A program made the position numbers and the translations under genes. Source: Longimicrobiales bacterium (GTDB taxonomy: Bacteria; Gemmatimonadota; Gemmatimonadetes; Longimicrobiales; Gaopeijiaceae). From it: a stretch of DNA of 15,995 nucleotides. Position 1 is the first letter of the stretch. The number at the start of each line of letters is the position of its first letter. This document shows positions 7,880 to 15,663 of the stretch, one piece after another. The notes beneath the pieces are model-generated. The model did not search any database and was not told the origin of the DNA. It worked only from the letters and a program-made list of their open reading frames with translations. The DNA is taken from assembly GCA_965197725.1 (NCBI GenBank), contig CBDANQ010000013.1, forward strand, positions 1 to 15,995. Direction: 5' to 3'.

Positions 7880-10723
7880 GTGACTACTGCCCGCCAGATT
7901 GATCCTGTCGTTAGTGGCGACCTCGCTTCGAGAGCGGTCGTCCGGGTCGTCGCCGACGGAAAGTTTCTGCTCGCCGGAAGCGAGCGGTTCCTGGCCAAGG
8001 GCGTCACCTACGGCACCTTTGCGCCCGACGCGCAGGGATACGAGCTCCCTCCGCTTCGACAGGTCGCCAACGATTTCCGGTTGATGGCGAGTCTAGGCAT
8101 CAACACGGTCCGCGTGTACACGGCGCCCAGCCGGGAACTGCTGGATGAGGCCTGCCGCCACGACCTGCGCGTCATGGTCGGCCTGCCCTGGTCGCAGCAC
8201 GTCGCGTTCCTGGACGATCGCCGGCAGGTACACGCGATCCGCCGCGGGGTGACAAGAACGATCGCAGAGCTCGGCGATCATCCGGCTGTTCTGATGTTCG
8301 CGCTGGGAAACGAGATCCCGCCTGGTGTGGTCCGCTGGCACGGCCGCGTCCGGATCGAGCACTTCCTGCGCCAGCTCTATCAGGACGGCAAGGCGACGTC
8401 GCCGGACAGCCTCTTCACCTACGGCAATTTTCCACCCACAGAATTCCTCGATCTTTCTTTCCTAGACGTCTGCGCGTTCAACGTCTACCTCCATCGAGGC
8501 ACAGAGCTGCGTGATTACCTCGCACGGCTCCAGCACGTCGCCGGCCAGCGTCCACTACTGCTCGCGGAGGCGGGTGCCGACAGCATCCGGGAAGGGGAGG
8601 CAGGCCAGGCCGACATTACGGCCAATCACGCGCGGGTCGCGTTCGAGGAGGGAGCCTGCGGTGCGATCGCCTTCGCGTGGACCGACGAGTGGTGGAGGGG
8701 AGGGCATCCGGTCGACGATTGGAGCTTCGGCCTTGTCGACGTTGAGCGCAGATTCAAACCAGCAGCGGCAGCCCTCTCGTCCGTGTTTGCGGAGGCGCCC
8801 TTTTCCCCGGCGGCAAGGGAGTCCTGGCCCCGCGTGTCAGTGGTCGTCTGTGCGTACAACGCAGCCCAGACGCTCGAGGAATGTCTGACGTCCCTCGAGG
8901 GCCTCACGTACCCGGATTATGAAATTATCCTGGTCAACGACGGCTCCCTCGATCGCACCAGCGAGATTGGCCGCGCCCACCCGAAAGTGCGCGTTATCGA
9001 CACCCCCAACCGCGGCTTAGGTGCGGCCCGCAACCTCGGGCTGGCAGAGGCGAACGGCACGATCGTGGCATACGCGGACGCCGACGTCCGGGTCGATCGC
9101 GACTGGCTCAAGTTTCTCATCCAGCCTCTGCTATCGTCGACCGAAGTGGTCGGCTCAGGGGGTCCGAACCTGGTCCCGGGCGATGACCCGCCGATGGCGC
9201 AATGCATTGCTCGCGCGCCGGGCGGCCCCACGCACGTGATGCTCGACGATCGCGTCGCAGAGCACGTTCCTGGCTGCAACATGGCGTTTCGCCGTGAGGC
9301 GCTCCTCGAGATCGAGGGATTCAACCCGATCTATCTGCGCGCCGGCGACGACGTCGACGTGTGTTGGAGGTTACAGGCGCACGGCTGGAAAATAGGATTC
9401 GCGCCCGCCGCGCTGGTGTGGCACCACCACCGCTCGAGCCTGCGGTCGTATTGGAGGCAGCAGGTCGGCTATGGTGAAGGTGAGACGTGGCTCATGGGCC
9501 ATCATCCCGAGAAATTTCTGGATGGCAGAATGGTCTGGCGCGGGAGCATCTACAGCTCCGTTCCGTTCGTCCGGTCGCTTCGGGGGACGCGTGTGAACTC
9601 CGGAGTGTGGGGCACGGCCGCGTTCCCGTCGGTCTACCGGACCGACGTGCATCCGTTCGCATTTCTACCGCACTCCATACTATGGCAGTTGCTCTCGTTC
9701 ATCCTGACCCTGGCCGGCGCCAGCGTTGCCGTGAGCGGGGGTCACCCGTGGGCCGCCGCGCTGCTGTTCGGGAGCGGGATCGTCGGGATAGTGGTGACGG
9801 TTGCGAAGAATCTTGCGTACGCGCTGAGGTCGGAGGTCGGCTCGATTCCACGAAACCGCATCTGGTCCCGCGCGACCATCGCGTGCCTGCATTTCCTTCA
9901 GCCGTTCGCGCGGGCACGAGGGCGCATCAGAGGCATGTTAGCGCCTCCCGAGGTGGTGCAGTCGCGGACGGACCCGCAGGCCAGCCACCGCCCCTGGCCC
10001 TCGATCGCGGACGGATGGCGGGCGCTTCTCCTCATCTCCGGCAGCGTCATCGAAAATCGTTATTGGGCAGAGGTCTGGACTTCGGCGGAACATTACCTCA
10101 CCCGGCTGACCACCGCGCTCCGCCGCTCGGGTGCGGTACGGACCGTGGTCGTCGACGAAGGCTGGTCGGACGATCGCGACGTGAGCGTGTTCGTCGGACG
10201 CTGGGGTTGGCTGGACGTGCGCGCGCTCGTCGAGGACCACGGTTCGGGGAAATGCCTCCTGCGCCTGAGCACACACCTGCGGCCGACCGCCTTCGGGCTC
10301 ACGGCGGCCCTGACCCTGGTGGTCGTGCTGCTGGGCGCCATCAGCGCGGGGGTGGCCTATCGGTGGCCGGTGGCGGGGGCCGTGGCCGCGCTTCTGACGG
10401 CGGCCGCCAGCGCGTTCGCCGCCTGGCGGACGGCTCAGGCCGCTGCGGTCGTGGGACGCGAGGCGGCCGGGATCGCCCGTGCGGAGGGGATGGTGACGAT
10501 GCCATCGGGCCCGGCCCGAGCGCCGCTCATCGCGCCGACGCTGCTCCGTACCTACGGACTGCGCAGCGCCATCGTCTTCGCGGTCATGATCCTCGCACTT
10601 GGAGCCGGAGCGATGCTCCTGCGCGAAGCGGCGATCGGTGAGGTGATCGGCATCCAGAAAGGGTTCGCCGGTGACAATGGGCCGGCCCAGTCGGAGCCTT
10701 TCCCGAACGGCAAAGGAGACTGA
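7880..10723 (+). CDS. Glycoside hydrolase (clan GH-A/GH2-like TIM barrel) fused to a GT2 glycosyltransferase and membrane domain, about 947 aa
   Basis: Start uncertain (GTG 7865 or 7880). N-domain: KGVTYG, GINTVRVY, ALGNE (acid/base E at 8312), LLAEAG (nucleophile E at 8567), FAWTDEW. GT2: VSVVVCAYN, ILVNDGSLD, YADAD, GCNMAFRR, GDDVD, QQVGYG. About five C-terminal hydrophobic helices with an intervening soluble domain. Confidence 0.88.
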   Translation: MTTARQIDPVVSGDLASRAVVRVVADGKFLLAGSERFLAKGVTYGTFAPDAQGYELPPLRQVANDFRLMASLGINTVRVYTAPSRELLDEACRHDLRVMVGLPWSQHVAFLDDRRQVHAIRRGVTRTIAELGDHPAVLMFALGNEIPPGVVRWHGRVRIEHFLRQLYQDGKATSPDSLFTYGNFPPTEFLDLSFLDVCAFNVYLHRGTELRDYLARLQHVAGQRPLLLAEAGADSIREGEAGQADITANHARVAFEEGACGAIAFAWTDEWWRGGHPVDDWSFGLVDVERRFKPAAAALSSVFAEAPFSPAARESWPRVSVVVCAYNAAQTLEECLTSLEGLTYPDYEIILVNDGSLDRTSEIGRAHPKVRVIDTPNRGLGAARNLGLAEANGTIVAYADADVRVDRDWLKFLIQPLLSSTEVVGSGGPNLVPGDDPPMAQCIARAPGGPTHVMLDDRVAEHVPGCNMAFRREALLEIEGFNPIYLRAGDDVDVCWRLQAHGWKIGFAPAALVWHHHRSSLRSYWRQQVGYGEGETWLMGHHPEKFLDGRMVWRGSIYSSVPFVRSLRGTRVNSGVWGTAAFPSVYRTDVHPFAFLPHSILWQLLSFILTLAGASVAVSGGHPWAAALLFGSGIVGIVVTVAKNLAYALRSEVGSIPRNRIWSRATIACLHFLQPFARARGRIRGMLAPPEVVQSRTDPQASHRPWPSIADGWRALLLISGSVIENRYWAEVWTSAEHYLTRLTTALRRSGAVRTVVVDEGWSDDRDVSVFVGRWGWLDVRALVEDHGSGKCLLRLSTHLRPTAFGLTAALTLVVVLLGAISAGVAYRWPVAGAVAALLTAAASAFAAWRTAQAAAVVGREAAGIARAEGMVTMPSGPARAPLIAPTLLRTYGLRSAIVFAVMILALGAGAMLLREAAIGEVIGIQKGFAGDNGPAQSEPFPNGKGD

Positions 10724-10724
10724 G

Positions 10725-12566
10725 GTGGGAGTCCGCGAGCAGCACTTGTTGCCCTGGGTCCTGTCCTTCCTCCGGCCCTACCGCGGCCGTCTGGCGTTGT
10801 TTTCGGTTCTCCTGCTCTTCCAAGTCGCGCTGGGGGTTCTGCGGCCGTGGCCCCTGGCAATCGTGCTCGACTACGTGCTGGTCGAGCGCGCGCTACCGGC
10901 GGCCGTCGCGGGGTGGATCACTTGGATTACCCAGGGTAGCCGCGTGACGCTGCTCGTGATGGTCGTCGTGGTCGGTGTCGTGCTAAATCTCGTCAACCAG
11001 CTTGTCACGCTGCACGCGGTGCAGCTCCAGGTGGGGACCGGGCAGCGGCTCGTCTACGACCTCCGGTACAAGCTCTTCCAACATCTTCAGTCGCTCGCCC
11101 TCCACCACCACGTTACCACGAACACGGGCGACGCCGTATACCGAATCGACGTCGACGCCTACTCGATCGACAACCTCGTGATGAGTGGTCTATTCCCGCT
11201 GGCGTCTTCGCTGGCCGCGCTCGTGGTCATGTTCGGCTTCATGGTGAAGATCGATCCCTCCATCGCTCTTCTGTCGCTCTCAGTGGTGCCATTCCTCTAT
11301 CTGTCGCTCCGCCATTACATGCGGACGCTGTCCGGCCGGATCGAGGGTGTGAAGGATCTCGAGTCGAAACTTCAGGAGCGGCTGTACGAGGTATTCGCGG
11401 CGATGCGACTGGTGAAGAGCTTTGGCCGCGAACCGTTTGAGGGTGCGCGCTACCGGGCGGCTGGCGACGCGGTCATGAGTGCTCGCATCGACATCACGTG
11501 GCAGGAGTCCCTGTTATCCGCGGCGATCAGCACGATCACAATCATCGGCACGGCGCTCGTAGTTATCATCGGGGGGATGCACGTGATCCAAGGCCAGATG
11601 ACAGTCGGGCAGCTGTTGGTCGTGATCAGCTACCTAGGTGCGGTCTACGGTCCGCTCGCCGAGGTAGCGCACACGAGCGGACAGCTTCAGGGCGCGGTGG
11701 CGAGCGCGAGGCGCGTGCGTGCCGTCTTCGCGCTGGCGCCGGAGATCGTCTCCTCCCGGGATGCCATCGCCACAGCCCCCGTCCGTGGCGAGATCCTGTT
11801 TGAAGAGGTCGGCTTTTGTTATCCGGATGGCACCGAAGTGCTTCACGATATCACGTTCTCCACGGAGCCGGGGGAGATGGTCGCCCTGGTGGGCCTCACC
11901 GGTGCGGGGAAGACGACGCTGGTAAGCCTCATCCCGCGCTTCTACGACGCGACCGCAGGTCGGGTGTTCATCGACGGTGTCGATGTGCGGCGATACAGCG
12001 TCCCTTCTCTGCGAGACAACATCGCGATCGTCCTTCAGGATCCCATGCTCTTCCAAGGGACCGTCGCCGAGAACCTGCGGTACGGCCGGCTGGACGCGAC
12101 GCCAGAGGAGATCGAGATGGCGGCGCGCGCCGCGCATGCGCACGAGTTCGTTTCCCAGCTGGCGAACGGGTACGATACCGATCTCGCTGAGGCAGGTGGC
12201 GGGCTGTCGGGAGGTGAGCGCCAACGGTTGAGCGTCGCTCGTGCCCTAGTGAAGGACGCCCCGATTCTGATCCTCGACGAGCCGACGTCGTCCCTGGACG
12301 CGATTTCGGAGGAGATCGTGTTCGCCGCGCTGAGGAAGCTGCGAGCCGGCCGCTCCACGATCGTCATCGCGCACCGCTTGTCTACGGTGCGGGACGCCGA
12401 CCGGATTCTGGTCCTGGACGGGGGCCGCATCGCCGCTCAGGGACGGCACGCTGAGCTGCTCGCAAGCAGCGCCCTGTACCGGCGGATGTGCGCGCGGCTT
12501 TCCGTCGGCAAGTCCCTCGACGAGCCGGAGAGCGTCGACGAGCTTATCCAAGCCGCCCGGCGTTGA
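10725..12566 (+). CDS. ABC exporter, fused TMD-NBD (MsbA/NdvA-like fold), 613 aa
   Basis: AAAGGAG at 10712-10718 precedes GTG 10725, one base after the upstream stop. TM region followed by Walker A GLTGAGKTT, LSGGE, ILILDEPTSSLD and IAHRLSTV. Confidence 0.93.
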   Translation: MGVREQHLLPWVLSFLRPYRGRLALFSVLLLFQVALGVLRPWPLAIVLDYVLVERALPAAVAGWITWITQGSRVTLLVMVVVVGVVLNLVNQLVTLHAVQLQVGTGQRLVYDLRYKLFQHLQSLALHHHVTTNTGDAVYRIDVDAYSIDNLVMSGLFPLASSLAALVVMFGFMVKIDPSIALLSLSVVPFLYLSLRHYMRTLSGRIEGVKDLESKLQERLYEVFAAMRLVKSFGREPFEGARYRAAGDAVMSARIDITWQESLLSAAISTITIIGTALVVIIGGMHVIQGQMTVGQLLVVISYLGAVYGPLAEVAHTSGQLQGAVASARRVRAVFALAPEIVSSRDAIATAPVRGEILFEEVGFCYPDGTEVLHDITFSTEPGEMVALVGLTGAGKTTLVSLIPRFYDATAGRVFIDGVDVRRYSVPSLRDNIAIVLQDPMLFQGTVAENLRYGRLDATPEEIEMAARAAHAHEFVSQLANGYDTDLAEAGGGLSGGERQRLSVARALVKDAPILILDEPTSSLDAISEEIVFAALRKLRAGRSTIVIAHRLSTVRDADRILVLDGGRIAAQGRHAELLASSALYRRMCARLSVGKSLDEPESVDELIQAARR

Positions 12567-13681
12567 AGGTCGTGCTGGCGGGGATCATCGCTCGCTATCC
12601 GTGGGGTGGCGTCACCTGGTGTTCGCTGATGTATTTGCTCGGTCTGCGCGAGCTTGGACACGAGGTCTTCTACGTCGAGGACACCGGGGAGTGTGTCTAC
12701 GATCCGATCCAGAATGCCCGCTCTCTGGACCCCGGCTACGGCACCTCGTACATCCACGACGCGCTCGCGCCGTTCGGGCTCGGCGACCGGTGGGCGTTCG
12801 TGAACTACGACGGGACCTACCACGGGCGGAGTGTGGACGAGGTGCGCCGCTACTGTGCCGATGCCGATCTCTTCCTCAACCTCTCGGGCGGTTCGTGGTT
12901 CTGGCGGGACGAGTATTCCCTCATCCCGCACAAGGTGTTCATCGATTCGGATCCGGCGTTCACACAACTCGCCATCGCGAAGGCTGAGCCGTGGTACGTC
13001 GAATTTTTCCAGAACTTCGACCGACTGTTCACGTTCGGCGCGAACATCGGTACCCCGGAATCTCCCGTTCCCACGGGGCAGTTCACGTGGCACAAGACTT
13101 GGCAGCCCGTGACGCTCTCGGAGTGGCGGACGACAGCGATGCCACGCGATCGGTTCACCTCCGTCCTTACTTGGCGAACCGAAAGCTTCACGGATGTGGA
13201 CGGTAATAAGGATCAAGAGTTCCTGAAGTATCTCGAGCTCCCCGCCCACACCAGCCAGTTGTTCGAGCTCGCTATCAACGGGCCTCAGGGGATGCTGCGC
13301 CAGCACGGCTGGAACACGGTCGATGCCATGGAGGTCTCGCGGACGCCGTGGGAATACCAGCACTTCGTCCAGGGGTCGAAGGCCGAGTTCGGCGTTGCAA
13401 AGCACGCCTACGTCACGTCCCGGACGGGGTGGTTCAGCGACCGCACGGAGTGTTACCTCGCCTCCGGCCGTCCGGCGCTGGTCCAGGACACCGGCTGGAC
13501 GGCGCACCTCCCGCACGGCGAGGGGCTGCTCGCGTTCACCACGTTGGACGAGGCGGTCGCCGGCATCGATCGCATTAACAGCGACTACGACCGACACGCG
13601 CGTCGCGCGGAGGAGATTGCTCGCGAGTACTTCGACGCCGCGCGTGTTCTCTCCAAGCTCGTCGAGGAGGCGTGCGGTTGA
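12563..13681 (+). CDS. Putative GT-B-fold glycosyltransferase of an atypical family, 372 aa
   Basis: TTG 12563 overlaps the ABC stop (TTGA). GT-B-like N-terminus MKVVLAG...GG.....YLLGLRELGHEVFYVE. C-terminal WFSDRTECYLASGRPALVQDTG, GEGLLAFTTLDEAVAGI and ARRAEEIAREYFDA resemble the GT-B donor-binding domain. Confidence 0.75.
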   Translation: MKVVLAGIIARYPWGGVTWCSLMYLLGLRELGHEVFYVEDTGECVYDPIQNARSLDPGYGTSYIHDALAPFGLGDRWAFVNYDGTYHGRSVDEVRRYCADADLFLNLSGGSWFWRDEYSLIPHKVFIDSDPAFTQLAIAKAEPWYVEFFQNFDRLFTFGANIGTPESPVPTGQFTWHKTWQPVTLSEWRTTAMPRDRFTSVLTWRTESFTDVDGNKDQEFLKYLELPAHTSQLFELAINGPQGMLRQHGWNTVDAMEVSRTPWEYQHFVQGSKAEFGVAKHAYVTSRTGWFSDRTECYLASGRPALVQDTGWTAHLPHGEGLLAFTTLDEAVAGIDRINSDYDRHARRAEEIAREYFDAARVLSKLVEEACG

Positions 13682-14724
13682 GCGCCGGTGCCCTGCGGAT
13701 CGCCCATGTCGGGCCCGTGGCCACGTCCATACCACCCCCAAAGTCCGGATCGGTCGCGGTCATGACGTCGCTGTTGACCGAGGGGCTCGTCGCCTGCGGC
13801 CACGACGTGACCCTCTTCGCGACCGCCGATTCCATCACCAGTGCGAGGCTGCACGCGATCTACTCGCGGGGCTATTGGCACGATGAGAAAATGTGGCCGT
13901 GGGAGCTGTACGAGATGCTGAATCTCGCCGCGGCGGTCGAGCGCGCGCGTGACTTCGACATCATCCACTACGAGGCCCCGTACTACCCGATGGCGATGGC
14001 CTTCGCCCGGCTCTCTCCTACGCCGATCGTCCAGACTCTCCACCACGCGCCTACGCCAGAGGAGACTGGGCTCTGGTCGCGCTACCCTGAAGCGCCCTTC
14101 GTCGCGATATCCGAAGAGCAGGCGCGGCTGCTCGAGGGCGCTCGCGTTGTGGGGGTGGTGCTGCACGGGATCGACACCGAAGCGTTCACGTTTAGAGCCA
14201 AGCCGGATGATTACCTGCTGTTTCTCGGGCGCTTCACAGAGGGGAAGGGGGTACTGCAGGCGATAGAAGTGGCCAAGCGTACGGGGATGCGCTTGATCAT
14301 GGCGGCTGGGGAGGAGGCCTATTACCACAAACACGTCGCTCCCCACGTCGACGGCGAGCGGGTCGTGTACTTCGGCGAGGCGGACCACGCGGCGAAGGTC
14401 GAGCTCTACGGCGGGGCGCGCGCTCTCCTCTACCCCATTCAGGTGCCTGAGCCGTTCGGCCTTGTATTAATAGAGGCGATGGCTTGCGGGACACCGGTGG
14501 CCGCGCTCGACAAGGGTGCGGTGCGAGAGGTCGTCGACGACGGCGTGACGGGGATCGTCTTCGATGATATCGAGGGGATGGCAACCGGACTCGGCGGCGT
14601 GCTTGCGCTCGATCGGAGCGCGGTGCGTGAGCGCGCTGCCGCTCGTTTTGGGGCGCAGCGGATGGTGGACGAGTACATCGACGTGTACCGCCGGCTGGTG
14701 GCTGAGGAAGAAGCCTTCCCCTGA
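13678..14724 (+). CDS. GT4-family retaining glycosyltransferase, 348 aa
   Basis: GAGGAGG at 13664-13670, then TTG 13678 overlapping the upstream stop (TTGA). Motifs LRIAHVGP...PP..SGS, GHDVTLFAT, HGID, LLFLGRFTEGKG and EPFGLVLIEAMACGTPV (E-X7-E). Confidence 0.93.
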   Translation: MSAGALRIAHVGPVATSIPPPKSGSVAVMTSLLTEGLVACGHDVTLFATADSITSARLHAIYSRGYWHDEKMWPWELYEMLNLAAAVERARDFDIIHYEAPYYPMAMAFARLSPTPIVQTLHHAPTPEETGLWSRYPEAPFVAISEEQARLLEGARVVGVVLHGIDTEAFTFRAKPDDYLLFLGRFTEGKGVLQAIEVAKRTGMRLIMAAGEEAYYHKHVAPHVDGERVVYFGEADHAAKVELYGGARALLYPIQVPEPFGLVLIEAMACGTPVAALDKGAVREVVDDGVTGIVFDDIEGMATGLGGVLALDRSAVRERAAARFGAQRMVDEYIDVYRRLVAEEEAFP

Positions 14725-14797
14725 TGCTGAGAGCGGGTCTCCGCGATCTGTACGAGCGGCTGTGCGGGTGCCTGGAGGAGGGAGAGCTGTTTCGGCT

Positions 14798-15562
14798 CTA
14801 GCCGGCGTTGGTGAGGTCCTCCACGGCACCCTCGACGTAGAGAATGCGGCCGTCCTCCGCACGATGTGCGCGGGCCGTATTGCGCACGAGAACGTGCGTC
14901 CCGTCGGTGCGCTCGAGCCGGGTCTCGAACCGGCGGACCACCCCGAACTGGTCGAGCATCTCACCGAAGCGTTGCCGATCGGTGGGGGCCACGAACAGCT
15001 CCGCCGCATACGTCGTCTGGAGCGTCTCCGGGTCAGGATACCCCAGGAGATGCACCAGGGCTGGGTTGGCGTCCATGAGGGCGCCCTCGGTGCTGGTCCG
15101 GTAGAGCCCGATGGGGAGGTGGTCGAACATCCCCCTGTGGCGGGCCTCGCTGTCCCGTAGCGCTTCGTCTGCCCGCTGCCGATCGAGCGCATAACGGATC
15201 GATCTCTCCAGCAGGTCGGAATCGACCTTCCCCTTCACGAGGTAGTCCGACGCTCCGGCCTTCATGGCTTCGACATCGACCGCGTGGCTGCCCCGACCGG
15301 TGAGCATGATCATTGGCTTTCGAATGCCCATCTCACGGGCCTCGCGCACGAGCTTGAGCCCATCCTGGTCTTCCAGGAAGTAGTCCACGAGATAGACGTC
15401 GTGCTCCTGGTCCTTTAGGGCGTCGATCCCCTCCTCGTAGGAGGATACCCAATCCAGCTCGATCGTGGCGCGCGCAATATTGCTTACCAGCACCCTGGTC
15501 ATCTCGAAATCGCCCTGGTCGTCGTCGATCAGGAGGATGCGGATGGTCTGGGAGGGATCCAA
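14798..15562 (-). CDS. Receiver (REC)-PAS signalling protein with no output domain, possibly truncated
   Basis: REC: ILLIDDD, YLVDY (phospho-Asp), MLTGRG, DYLVKGK. Coiled-coil linker RQRADEALRDSEARHR. PAS/PAC: MFDHLPIGLY...ANPALVHLLGY...ETRLERTDG...EGAVEDLT, then a stop after three more codons. TTG start, no clear RBS. Confidence 0.85.
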   Translation of the reverse strand: MDPSQTIRILLIDDDQGDFEMTRVLVSNIARATIELDWVSSYEEGIDALKDQEHDVYLVDYFLEDQDGLKLVREAREMGIRKPMIMLTGRGSHAVDVEAMKAGASDYLVKGKVDSDLLERSIRYALDRQRADEALRDSEARHRGMFDHLPIGLYRTSTEGALMDANPALVHLLGYPDPETLQTTYAAELFVAPTDRQRFGEMLDQFGVVRRFETRLERTDGTHVLVRNTARAHRAEDGRILYVEGAVEDLTNAG

Positions 15563-15663
15563 TGGCGACTCGGTGAGAAAGGGGGCGGGGAGTAGGCGGC
15601 TCGGGGAAGGCCATGTGAAGGATAGGACGCTCGGGAGCGCCCCATCAAGAGCGATCTTCCCAG

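Noticed and set aside
7439..8007. Apparent 570-bp overlap of two long ORFs (1094 aa + and 693 aa -)
   Set aside because: Artefact of longest-ORF calling. Family-like sequence starts near 7743 (-) and 7865-7880 (+), leaving an ordinary divergent intergenic region.
9487..10641. 384-aa alternative-frame ORF rich in R/G/A
   Set aside because: Composition typical of off-frame reading of very GC-rich codons.
12437..14388. 434-aa and 267-aa antisense ORFs over the glycosyltransferases
   Set aside because: Shadow frames with no recognisable domains.
14783..14799. Small hairpin AGAGCTG-TTT-CGGCTCT between convergent genes as a terminator
   Set aside because: Weak stem, no U-tract, and it overlaps the stop codon.
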